Virus record (IMG/VR): IMGVR_UViG_3300017565_000341
Coordinates: 1-36,968 of that record
DNA length: 36,968 nt
Reading direction: 5' to 3' (one strand)
Source: a virus
Taxonomy: Duplodnaviria > Caudoviricetes
Part shown: in pieces, positions 25,873 through 34,600 of the stretch
Position numbering within the stretch: the first letter of the stretch is position 1
How the letters are laid out: each line of letters starts with the position of its first letter
The notes under the pieces: generated by a model
Told to the model about the DNA's origin: nothing
Databases searched by the model: none
Seen by the model: the letters and a program-made list of their open reading frames with translations, nothing else
Translations under genes and position numbers: made by a program

Positions 25873-26705
25873 TCTTCGATCCCGATGCCGAAGACTACAT
25901 CCGCAGAATTTTTGCAGCGGGTAGCTTTGTCGTGCCGCACGTCCAGATCGCAATCGAACGATTTGTCATCGGCTGCAAATCCGACCCCTCTCCGGTCGCG
26001 GGGGTAAGTAATTGGGCCGCGATCAAAGCATGTTGTCTGCTGGCTGGCCCTCAGACGTTGGTTGGATCGTTGATTCCTTTGCGCGGCCCTGCCCCTGCAA
26101 ACTGGAACGGGAACTTTGTGGAGAACGACTACGACCCGCTGCTCGGTTTGAAAGGCGACGGGTCCACTAAGCGACTGCCTATCAACTGGGCCAGCACCGC
26201 AGACCCCCAAGACAACTGCCATGCAGCAGTTTGGGTTACAGAGCCGATCACTGTAACAAACAGCCAAGGGAAATACTTAGCTGTAACCAACTCCAACGGT
26301 GGATCTGCACGCAACTTGGGATGGTCTGCGAACAGAAGCGATCGGGCCGGCTCTACTTGCAACAACGGTGGCATAAACTCTCCCACTAACCGCGCAGCAG
26401 CATGGCCGTCGTTTTTCGGGGTGTCCAGGCATCAGGCAGATATTTACCTCGAACGAGTTTCTGGGGCGACCGACTCAGTGAATAAAGCGAGCGCTCCACC
26501 GGCAGCAGGCGGGCTGGTGCTGTTTGGACGAAGTAATCTTACACAAGACATGTCTAACGCTCGTATAGCGTTCTATTCCGCTGGCGAATCTGTCACTATG
26601 GAACCGCTTGACAATCGCCTGCGTCGCTACTTGCGCGACATTGCAGTTGGAATCGCATCCCGGCCACGCATCTCAAGCCCGCATCTCATGGGGGACTGCG
26701 CATGA
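25869..26705 (+). CDS. Phage accessory protein with possible lectin/LamG-like C-terminus
   Basis: FDPDAEDYI...FVIGCKSD...WAAIKACCLLAG...GLKGDGSTK recalls phage tail-associated proteins; lower-GC C-terminal half. Confidence 0.55.
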   Translation: MIFDPDAEDYIRRIFAAGSFVVPHVQIAIERFVIGCKSDPSPVAGVSNWAAIKACCLLAGPQTLVGSLIPLRGPAPANWNGNFVENDYDPLLGLKGDGSTKRLPINWASTADPQDNCHAAVWVTEPITVTNSQGKYLAVTNSNGGSARNLGWSANRSDRAGSTCNNGGINSPTNRAAAWPSFFGVSRHQADIYLERVSGATDSVNKASAPPAAGGLVLFGRSNLTQDMSNARIAFYSAGESVTMEPLDNRLRRYLRDIAVGIASRPRISSPHLMGDCA

Positions 26706-27646
26706 TCGCGATCACACCCAACAGCACCCACTACCGCCGATTCAGCACCAGCGTAGCGCCGGACTCGCTGCCGACTGCGACCGTATATGCCGATAATGCG
26801 AGCCTCGGAGCTGCAAGCGTCGCGGCAGGTCCTGGCACCAATGATTATCGGGTCACCATCGCGGTACCCTCCAATGCCGCAGTCGGCCAGGAGATCACAG
26901 TAGCGATCAACTGGATCGTCGATGGCGAGCCACAATCCACAACCTGGCTGTGGGTCGGCGTTATCGCTGCACCCTACGCCACCGCGGCCCAAGCCACCGC
27001 GATCGCTGCGGACACATCCGCGGCCAAATCCGCGAGCGGAACCGCTGCTGCAATCCTCGACGAACTGACCGAGATTACCGACGATCAGATCCGTCTGACG
27101 GCCAAGGCCCTGGAAGCCGCCGATGCCGACCTGCAACCGGTGCTCGATGCGATTGCGGACCTGCCAGCGGCACCCAACAACTTGGCCGTGTCGATCGCGT
27201 CTCTCCTCTCCGCGCTGTCGATCCGCCGGCTCACCGAACGGCCACCGCTGGTGACCGACGTCATGCTCATGCGGGGCACCGATTGGCGGATCCCGATCAC
27301 TGTCGACGGCCTGCCCGATGACTGGACCAGGATCGAGCTGACCGCCCGCCGGCACAACAGCGATGCCCAATCGCAAAGCCTGCTGCACATCGTGCTCAGC
27401 AACCCGGCCGCCGACAGCGACGGGCTGCAGATCCTCTCCGGATCACCCGCGGCCGACCCAGCCGCCGGAGCGATCGCCGTGACCGATGGCCAAGCAATCG
27501 CGACTGTCACCGCCGCGGCCGTCGCCGAGGTCGACAACGGCGAGTACTGTTGGGACAGCAAGGTCACCTCGGCCGCCGGGATCGAACAGGTCGCACGCGG
27601 CACGCTCTTTATCGAGCGCGACGTTACGCGGCTTGCGGTGGCCTGA
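26702..27646 (+). CDS. Virion accessory protein with BppU/Ig-like C-terminal domain
   Basis: MRGTDWRIPITV...GEYCWDSKVT...VARGTLFIERDVTR. Confidence 0.55.
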   Translation: MIAITPNSTHYRRFSTSVAPDSLPTATVYADNASLGAASVAAGPGTNDYRVTIAVPSNAAVGQEITVAINWIVDGEPQSTTWLWVGVIAAPYATAAQATAIAADTSAAKSASGTAAAILDELTEITDDQIRLTAKALEAADADLQPVLDAIADLPAAPNNLAVSIASLLSALSIRRLTERPPLVTDVMLMRGTDWRIPITVDGLPDDWTRIELTARRHNSDAQSQSLLHIVLSNPAADSDGLQILSGSPAADPAAGAIAVTDGQAIATVTAAAVAEVDNGEYCWDSKVTSAAGIEQVARGTLFIERDVTRLAVA

Positions 27647-27911
27647 TCTGCGTTGCCGGATACAGAGCAGCTCGCGGCGCCCCAGCGACCGCGGGCGAAT
27701 CGGGCAAGCCGAGCAATGCCCGCAGGGTTGCCCGTGCGATCCGCTTCTTACCGCCGCTTGAGCCGAAGGCGATGATCCACGCCTGCCAAGCCGCATTCTC
27801 CGGGTGCGCTGCCATCAGCTCCCGCAGCTCCGCCGCCTCGACCGCCACGTAATCGGCCTCCGTCTCGGCCAACGCCGTCAGCCGTTCAATTGCATCCGTG
27901 CTGAGATTCAC
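27624..27911 (-). CDS. Hypothetical protein
   Basis: 95 aa; AAGGA upstream of GTG. Confidence 0.5.
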   Translation of the reverse strand: MNLSTDAIERLTALAETEADYVAVEAAELRELMAAHPENAAWQAWIIAFGSSGGKKRIARATLRALLGLPDSPAVAGAPRAALYPATQIRPPQAA

Positions 27912-28079
27912 TTTCGTTTTCCTTCGGGTGTTTTGGTCGTTTGGTGACTGGTTCTACCGTCCAGACCCCAACAAGGGCCAGCGAGCCGTTTGATACGCCG
28001 AACTGGTGTTGCGGTGAATCATCGAATCTGCAACCGCTCGCTCGATCTTTCCCATTTCCCCTAGATACTCGTTGGTTTA

Positions 28080-28640
28080 ATGTTCTCGATCGCAGGCCAA
28101 ACGTTAATTCATGCCGATTCCCTCCACTGGATGTGCCGCCAGAGCGGCGATGAACCGTGGGACGTCGTTGTCGCCGATCCTCCCTACTGCGCTGCGACGC
28201 GCGGCGGTCGGGTCAGCCAGTCGTCCGCGAAGAAGTACACCAGCTCGGACGCAAAGCGGCAGTTTGCAGCGTTCGATGGTGATCACCGCGATCAACGAGG
28301 CTTCGCACTTTGGACCGCCCTTTGGACAGGCGCCGCGCATCGGCTGACGCGTGATGGTGGGGCGCTCTTGGTGTTCATCGACTATCGCAATCTCGCTGCG
28401 ATGATCGACGCGATCCAGGCCGGCGGTTGGTGTTTCGATGGCGTAGTGCCGTGGCTCAAGACTCGCGGTCGGCCGCGGGTTGGCTGGTTCCAGACGAGTC
28501 ACTCGGAGTTCCTCGTGCTCGGCCGCAAAGGGCCGCAGGATCGCAGCCAGCGCAAATGCGGTCCGGCGTTCGTCCAGCACACCGCGCCGACGTCACGTGT
28601 ACACCCAACGCAGAAGCCCGTTCAGGGAAGCCTGATTTGA
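28080..28640 (+). pseudogene. Truncated N4/N6 DNA methyltransferase (beta class)
   Basis: ADSL, VVADPPY, VPWLK, HPTQKPV, then a stop; the C-terminal DPFxGxG SAM-binding motif is absent. Confidence 0.8.
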
Positions 28641-29449
28641 TGGGGTTTGGTGGTTGTCCTGAGTCACCATTTTTTGTCATCGGACAGAACGGGCGTGCTC
28701 AATCTCGCATCGGAACTAGTTTTGCCTCACCTTATGCTCTTCGAGCTGCCGTCGGTGTGCGAGCATTTTTGGGGCCAGTCCTTTCTCCGCTTGCTCTAAA
28801 GGCGTTGCTAATTCATCGGTGTGACGTTTCGGACCATCCGCGTCACGAAGTGGGTTGGGGCAGAGTTCGTCAGCACGCGGAGGAGTTGATCGTGTGTGAA
28901 GACTCGACTGCACATATCGTGTATCAAGGAGAAATTTCACCAGGCTCCTGGATGCGAGCACCAATCCCAGTACCAGCTGAAGTGATGCAAGGGAACGTTG
29001 AGGTAACCGCAACATTGTGCTTTGCAACTGATACGGACCCACAAGATCCGATTAACTATACACGCAGTGGTCTCGAAGTACGCTTTCGCCCGCATGATGG
29101 CAAAAAGAAAGCGGAGAAACAGAAAGAAGCCAATAGTAAGCCGTATTTCAATGCTGGCAGTTTGTACGCGTCTGAAAGTGAACTAAGGGCTGACGCCCAC
29201 AAATGGGAAACCACCTTACATGCCAGAAAGGTAATGAGAGGCTCGTCGCTGAGCAATCCTAGCTTTGACATCCACTACAATGCCCGGGAAGGGGGCGGCC
29301 CTGCACGTACACCGCAGAATATTCCCTATGCCCTGATTGTATCGATCCACGCTCCACGGGTTAAGGACCTTTACGATCGAATCGTCCGGAGATACCGGAC
29401 CGTTCTCGAATCGCTAAGGCCTGTTATTGAAATCCCAATTCGCCGTTAG
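28628..29449 (+). pseudogene. C-terminal fragment of an S8 subtilase (Y4bN/IetS-like)
   Basis: KPDLMGFGG, GTSFASP (catalytic Ser), LKALLIH, EVGWG; no Asp/His region; lower GC. ATG 28640 overlaps the methylase TGA. Confidence 0.75.
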
Positions 29450-29513
29450 CACTGCCAACGGAGGGACACCGGATCCTATTTAGCAGGATTCAACTCTTGT
29501 TCAGGGGTTAGGG

Positions 29514-29732
29514 TCATGACGGTGTCTCCGCCCCGGCCCACGCGTCGAGCCGCTTGGCGTAGGCCTTCACGATCTTCCTGGACGTCTCCAGGTCGGACCG
29601 GTCGATGTGATCTTCATAGTCATCGCAGACCACCTCCTTAAAGGCGGTCAGCTTGATCCGCGGCTGCGTGCTCGGTTCGTCGCCCGTGATGATCGTCAGC
29701 TCGCACGGGATCGTAATAACGGTTGGCATCAT
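29514..29732 (-). CDS. Hypothetical protein
   Basis: 72 aa at the end of the early operon. Confidence 0.55.
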   Translation of the reverse strand: MMPTVITIPCELTIITGDEPSTQPRIKLTAFKEVVCDDYEDHIDRSDLETSRKIVKAYAKRLDAWAGAETPS

Positions 29733-29748
29733 CGCCCTTTCAAGTTGC

Positions 29749-30750
29749 TCATTGGTAGGAACTAAAACCTTTCATCAGTTCGGCCTGCCGGTTGTGCATT
29801 GCCGAATCATTGCGAGGGGATGGCCGGGGCATCTTCGCCGCCAACGCCTCACGTACCGCTGCCGCGATCTCCGTCTCGCTGGCTCCCGCGAGCCCCCGGG
29901 ACTTAACGACCTGCGACCGCACCATTTCCTCCCGCACGGTTTCGCTCGTCAGCGAAACTTTTCGGAGAGGAGACACTGTCTGCGGCCTTTCGGCCGATGG
30001 CGGCCGGCCTTTGCCGGTCACCCAGCGATGCAGGTAGCCGACGTGCACACGAGAATCCACCGCCGTAAGCTGCATGAATTCCGCGATCAGTCGTTCAACG
30101 TCCGCTGGGGCCAAGCCACGAGTCTTCGCTCGCTCGACCGCACCGGCAGCATCGCCCATCCCCAAACCATCAAGAGAACTAACCACCACGTCCCAAGGAT
30201 CTGGATCGCCGCCGTAAGCTGCACGTCCGTTTGATCGCTCGCTGGTAGATGTAGTTAGGTTCTTTAAGGTTCTTTGGGTTCGTCGGACACTATGTCCGGG
30301 GTTCGTGTAGGAATGTCCGGGGTTCGTGTAGGAATGTCCGGGGTTCGTGTAGGAATGTCCGGGGTTCGATGCCGGCTTTCCTGCCTCGCGAGCGGCGATT
30401 TCACCCCAGTTGATCGCATAGCGTATTGGCTTACCTTTGGTGTCATCCCGGACGATCAGAAGCTGCAGAGACACCAGGCCATTACAAGCTCGCCGCACGG
30501 TTCGTTCGTGGCAGTTGAGCACCTTGGCGATTGTATTGGCTGATGCCCAGCATACGCCGCTGGTCCACTGATGATCGGCGATACGCATCAGGACCGACTT
30601 GAGCTTCGATGCACCGACGCGGACGGGGGACTTGCCTTCGGTGACCCACATGGGCGCGAACTGCAGCGACTCTAGCGATGCTCGCCGTCGAGCCTCATCG
30701 AAGTTGAACTCCTCTTGTCGCTGATCACTACGTCCTTTGATCCTCGCCAT
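29749..30750 (-). CDS. Phage replication initiator (N-terminal HTH)
   Basis: KSVLMRIADH...CWASANTIAKVLNCHERTVRRACNGL; internal iterons. Confidence 0.8.
   Translation of the reverse strand: MARIKGRSDQRQEEFNFDEARRRASLESLQFAPMWVTEGKSPVRVGASKLKSVLMRIADHQWTSGVCWASANTIAKVLNCHERTVRRACNGLVSLQLLIVRDDTKGKPIRYAINWGEIAAREAGKPASNPGHSYTNPGHSYTNPGHSYTNPGHSVRRTQRTLKNLTTSTSERSNGRAAYGGDPDPWDVVVSSLDGLGMGDAAGAVERAKTRGLAPADVERLIAEFMQLTAVDSRVHVGYLHRWVTGKGRPPSAERPQTVSPLRKVSLTSETVREEMVRSQVVKSRGLAGASETEIAAAVREALAAKMPRPSPRNDSAMHNRQAELMKGFSSYQ
30292..30368. repeat. 21-bp iterons (probable replication origin)
   Basis: ATGTCCGGGGTTCGTGTAGGA x3 plus a 14-nt partial, next to an AT-richer GGTTCTTT repeat (about 30256-30280). 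Confidence 0.85.
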
Positions 30751-30759
30751 TGCTAATTC

Positions 30760-31020
30760 CTAAAACAAAAAACCTGGCGTGTTGGTCGAGACCACTTCTT
30801 GCGGCCGCGGTTGCGGTGCAGTCTGCTCCGGCAGGCTAAAGTCCTCGCGACCCCAGATCACCCGCGGCTTGTCCCTGCCAGGGACGATGACACTGAGACC
30901 GAACGGCAGGCCAGGCCTAATGTCTGTGATCGGAACAAACATGCTGATCGCAACCACGGTCCATGACGGCCGCGTCTGTTGGATCTCCAACGCCAGCTCA
31001 GTTGCTTCTTCAAGGTCCAT
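30760..31020 (-). CDS. Hypothetical protein
   Basis: TGATG-coupled start MDLEEA. Confidence 0.55.
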   Translation of the reverse strand: MDLEEATELALEIQQTRPSWTVVAISMFVPITDIRPGLPFGLSVIVPGRDKPRVIWGREDFSLPEQTAPQPRPQEVVSTNTPGFLF

Positions 31021-31802
31021 CAGACGCCCTCCTTCCATAGCTCTGGCAGCGGCACGTCCGATCGCAGCGTGCATAGTTCTCGCAGCAGCGGCATCTGTGA
31101 CTTCGCGTTCATCAGTGCCGCTCGTTTGCTGGGGCTGATGCCGGCAGCGAATGGGTTCTTATAAAAGGCGTCGAGCGATCCGCAGTCGTTTAGCACCTGG
31201 CGGGCGACCTCCGGACCGATGTTGCGGACGCCATCGATCTTGTCGCTGGGGTCACCGACCAGCATCTTGTACTCAACCCACTGAGCGGCCGTGACGCCGT
31301 ATTTGGCCTTGAGCATGTCCTCGGTGATCCAGCCGCAGTCCAGCTTGCCAAACTTGCGGCTCACCGAGATGAGCTGTGACACTTCGCCGGCACGGATCAG
31401 CTGATGCAGATCCTTATCGCCGGAGTAGATGACGACGTTGTAGCCGGCCTCGCGAGCTTCGCGCGACAACGTGGCCAGCAGATCGTCGGCCTCATAACCG
31501 GGAGCGTCCATCGTGGCGATGTTCTGTCGCCGGCAAGCCTCCTTACAAGCCGCAATCGCATCATCGATGCCGTCCAACCGCTTGCGACCGGCCTTGTACC
31601 CGGGCAGCAGCTCGTGCCGGAACGTGGGCACGTCAGCATCCCAGACCGTGATCACGCAGGACGGTTCCCACTGTTTCTGCATCATCACGAGCCGCTTTTC
31701 GAGCGTCTCAGCGGCGCGCGTGATGCCAGCGCCGTAGGCATCGCGGTGTACGGCGTTGGTGCCATCGATGAGGAACCAAACCGGGGGGCGGCCGGGCTTC
31801 AT
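31020..31802 (-). CDS. Stand-alone 5'-3' exonuclease / flap endonuclease
   Basis: LIDG, FRHELLPGYKAGR, YEADD, SGDKDL, GDPSDKIDGVRNIG. Confidence 0.9.
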   Translation of the reverse strand: MKPGRPPVWFLIDGTNAVHRDAYGAGITRAAETLEKRLVMMQKQWEPSCVITVWDADVPTFRHELLPGYKAGRKRLDGIDDAIAACKEACRRQNIATMDAPGYEADDLLATLSREAREAGYNVVIYSGDKDLHQLIRAGEVSQLISVSRKFGKLDCGWITEDMLKAKYGVTAAQWVEYKMLVGDPSDKIDGVRNIGPEVARQVLNDCGSLDAFYKNPFAAGISPSKRAALMNAKSQMPLLRELCTLRSDVPLPELWKEGV

Positions 31803-32194
31803 TTCTTCTTCCGCCCCTTGCTCTTGGTCTGCAGGAGCGGGCTCAGATCGCCGGTGGCGAGGTAGTAGCCCAGCTCCTTGGGATCAGTCCCCATCACGAT
31901 GCAACATTCGCGATCGATCAGCCTGAGCGTCTTGCGGAGCTGGTCGTTCGACAGGCCTTCCTTTCGTAGCTCGGAGTCCTGGAACTCCTCGCGGCACTCC
32001 GGAAACTGCACCAGCACGGCATCCCGCAGGCGGTCGTATTGCTGCATCCGGACCTTGAGTCCGTTGGCGTTCAGCTTTGCTGCCTTGCAAAAATTCGCAA
32101 CCTGATCGGGTCGATCTTTGACCTCTTGGAGCAGCGTCACCAATGCGTGCCGCCGTGCTTTAGTCAGGTCCGGGAAGCCGGCGTGGATGGTCAT
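31799..32194 (-). CDS. Hypothetical protein
   Basis: ATGA overlaps on both sides. Confidence 0.65.
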   Translation of the reverse strand: MTIHAGFPDLTKARRHALVTLLQEVKDRPDQVANFCKAAKLNANGLKVRMQQYDRLRDAVLVQFPECREEFQDSELRKEGLSNDQLRKTLRLIDRECCIVMGTDPKELGYYLATGDLSPLLQTKSKGRKKK

Positions 32195-32487
32195 GATGTT
32201 ACCCCCGCTCGCTTGCTGGACTTCGGACGGCGGCGAACGGTTTCGACGGGGCGGAATCCCATCTCGATCGCCAGAACCCGTTTACGAGCTGCCGGTGACA
32301 TCGCTTGCCATTCCTGTGGCGAGTGATGATTCATCGCCAGATAAAACGCTCGATCGCTCGGCATCTGCTGCACAGCCTTCTCGAACGAGGCCAGCCTGCG
32401 TTCGAGTCGCCGCCGCAACTTCTGCACAACCATCAGCCGATGGTCGGCAAGCTCCACCGCCTGCGTCTCGATCAGATCCTTATTCAT
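32191..32487 (-). CDS. Hypothetical protein
   Basis: Operon packing; GGAGG RBS. Confidence 0.6.
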   Translation of the reverse strand: MNKDLIETQAVELADHRLMVVQKLRRRLERRLASFEKAVQQMPSDRAFYLAMNHHSPQEWQAMSPAARKRVLAIEMGFRPVETVRRRPKSSKRAGVTS

Positions 32488-32532
32488 TCCCATTCCTCCC
32501 AAGCATTAAGAAACCAACACCAAACCAAAGCC

Positions 32533-32799
32533 TTATGACGCTGCCGCTTGGGCACACCGTGCCCCAGATCGCACGTCATGAATGAACCTCAATACTCGCT
32601 CCGCATGCTCGATCTCGCGGCGCTTCTCCGCGATCGCGATCACGTACTCACAGCTCATATCCATGCAGTGCGACGGGTGGATCGCTTCGAGGTAGTTGAG
32701 CCGGCGGCGCAGCTCCACCAGCACGCCCTCCGTCAGCTCGGCCTGCGTCGTCAGCGCCCGAACCGTCTCGTGGCTGACGTGCAATTGAATCGTGACCAT
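32533..32799 (-). CDS. Hypothetical protein
   Basis: Follows recombinase 2. Confidence 0.55.
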   Translation of the reverse strand: MVTIQLHVSHETVRALTTQAELTEGVLVELRRRLNYLEAIHPSHCMDMSCEYVIAIAEKRREIEHAERVLRFIHDVRSGARCAQAAAS

Positions 32800-32810
32800 G
32801 CTGCCCACCC

Positions 32811-34007
32811 TCAAAACAAAAAGAGTTGTGTCGCGGCCTGCGACGGATCGGAAAGAAACGCTTCGGGGTGCTGCACGTCGCCCACGTGCTGCAGCAGGAT
32901 TGCTTCGTTGCGGGTGTAGTGCTTGCTGTTGACGTCCGCGGCGGCATGCCCCAGGACCATCGCACCGACTTCACGGTCGCCCGCGGCGATCGTCCAACGG
33001 AAGTTGGCGGTCGGCCGAAAGTGCTTGCGGTGCACGTGCGATAATCCGGCCTGGTCGACGATCCGCTGCCACTGCTTACGGAACGGCCGCTGCTCGCAAT
33101 CGGTCCACGCGAACAACCGGCCGCTGCGGAGCAACGCGTCGACGTGCACCCGGACGATGACCGGCATCGGGATCACAACCCGCTTGCCCGTCTTCTGCTG
33201 CACGTAATCGAACCAGCCGGGGCCATGCACCCGCAGGCTGTGCCGGATCGGTGACTTTGGCTCGAGCTGGAAGTTATCCGCGGTCAGCTTGGCCCCGTCG
33301 TTCACCCGGGGCCCCAGCATCGACAGAATCACGACGTACGTCCGCCACTGCAGCACGGCATCGCCGCTGGGCCACGTCGCCACCTCGCAGGCCTGGTAGA
33401 TCCGGCCGATCTCTTCGTCGCTCAGGTCGACCGCCTCGCTGGTCGTGCGCTCGCCGGTGGCCAGGTCGGTGACCGGCGCCATCGCCGGCACGCTCTCCAG
33501 CACGTTCGCCCCGCGCGGGTTGCCGACATCGCGGCGGCCGAGCTTCCGCAGCACAGCGCGGATCTTCTTGGCATAGGTCTCGGTCGAGCTGACCGCCACG
33601 CCCGCCCCAGCCGGAATATCCGCCATAAGCCAACGGCCGAACTCGTTCAGCATCACATCGGTGATCTGGTAAACCTGGTCGACCGGGCAGTCCAGAGCCA
33701 CCGTTTCCGGCGCCGGATTACAGATAGTAATCCGGCGCAACTCGCAAAACCGCTCCCAATGCCCGATCGCGGTTTCGTACTGGCCGATCGTCTTGGGCGA
33801 TCGCTTGATCAGCGAAGGTTGCAGGAACCGCCCATAGGCTTCACGCATCGAGAAGCCGCAGGGCTGGAATTCTTCGGTCGGTTCGGGCGCCTGGTGCAGG
33901 CGGAGTGCGGCGGTCATGGTCTGAGCCAGGGGTGGATGGGAAGCGGGACAAACCAGTCCCATTTGCCAGAGCCCAGCAACAACAACCAGAGCAATGCTAG
34001 GCACCAT
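32811..34007 (-). CDS. Second tyrosine recombinase
   Basis: LGPRVND (R), QQKTG (K), KHFRPTA, LGH, KHY. Alternative start at 33917. Confidence 0.85.
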   Translation of the reverse strand: MVPSIALVVVAGLWQMGLVCPASHPPLAQTMTAALRLHQAPEPTEEFQPCGFSMREAYGRFLQPSLIKRSPKTIGQYETAIGHWERFCELRRITICNPAPETVALDCPVDQVYQITDVMLNEFGRWLMADIPAGAGVAVSSTETYAKKIRAVLRKLGRRDVGNPRGANVLESVPAMAPVTDLATGERTTSEAVDLSDEEIGRIYQACEVATWPSGDAVLQWRTYVVILSMLGPRVNDGAKLTADNFQLEPKSPIRHSLRVHGPGWFDYVQQKTGKRVVIPMPVIVRVHVDALLRSGRLFAWTDCEQRPFRKQWQRIVDQAGLSHVHRKHFRPTANFRWTIAAGDREVGAMVLGHAAADVNSKHYTRNEAILLQHVGDVQHPEAFLSDPSQAATQLFLF

Positions 34008-34227
34008 GCTTGCCTCCCTGCTTCGATTCCCTGCGTAGTGGCATCCCCAGTGGCCACTGCCGATCGGCCTCGCTGGCTAGCTCCTCGCGGAGGATCGGCA
34101 CCTCCTTGTTGGCATCAATGCCCACCTGCACCCGTCCACCGATGACGTTGGTGATCATGAACCGGATCTGATGCGGCGGCGTGCCTACCAGGATGGACTC
34201 GGAACGATTACGGCTGAGCACGAGCAT
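33997..34227 (-). CDS. csrA: Carbon storage regulator CsrA/RsmA homolog
   Basis: MLVLSRNRSESILVG...RVQVGIDANKEVPILREEL; the RNA-binding Arg of the xREE motif is retained. Confidence 0.9.
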   Translation of the reverse strand: MLVLSRNRSESILVGTPPHQIRFMITNVIGGRVQVGIDANKEVPILREELASEADRQWPLGMPLRRESKQGGKHGA

Positions 34228-34260
34228 GTTGATTCCTTCCGCGGATTGAGTGGGTGATCG

Positions 34261-34491
34261 CTAACCTTCGGACGGTTCGGGCGATGGTTCAGACGGCTGC
34301 CGCCGGAGCTCCTCAATGAACCTGATCCTGCACCTGCGCGGCCGTGCCTCAAACTCCTCACGATCCGCATCGCTCTCGAAGAGGACTACCAACTGGCCTT
34401 GGATAATCGACACGTGACGATCGCCGCACAGATCCTGCAGTGATCGCAGGGTGGCGGATTCAATTTCGTAGAAGCAGGAGAGTGCGGCCAT
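34261..34491 (-). CDS. Hypothetical protein
   Basis: MAALSCFYEIES...; AAGGAATCAA RBS like that of csrA. Confidence 0.55.
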   Translation of the reverse strand: MAALSCFYEIESATLRSLQDLCGDRHVSIIQGQLVVLFESDADREEFEARPRRCRIRFIEELRRQPSEPSPEPSEG

Positions 34492-34524
34492 TGCTTGATT
34501 CCTTGCAGGGCGGGTTGGACGGGC

Positions 34525-34587
34525 GGCGGCCGCCTGATCGTGGCGGCGATCAGGCGACCGCCAAGCCGGCAGCCACGAGCCGCCGGC
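34525..34587 (-). promoter_or_regulatory. Tandem GC-rich hairpins in the early transcript
   Basis: A 9-bp stem (34565-34587) and a 16-bp stem (34525-34562), 2 nt apart, each with a G-U pair on the minus strand. Confidence 0.55.
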
Positions 34588-34600
34588 CACAGTGGGACGG

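Noticed and set aside
5006-26705. Diversity-generating retroelement targeting the low-GC domains
   Set aside because: No reverse transcriptase and no TR/VR pair seen.
28427-28627. N-terminus of the 340-aa ORF, or a programmed MTase-protease fusion
   Set aside because: It is an off-frame shadow of the MTase, and there is no proper slippery heptamer at the junction.
25260-29513. Invertible segment flipped by recombinase 2
   Set aside because: I found no matching inverted repeats at the block boundaries by eye; a computational search could revisit this.
30292-30368. CRISPR-like array
   Set aside because: Head-to-tail repeats without spacers, in frame inside the replication gene; these are iterons.
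30831-30845. Third REP-like copy (GCAGGCTAAAG)
   Set aside because: Only about 11 nt match, inside a CDS; compatible with chance.
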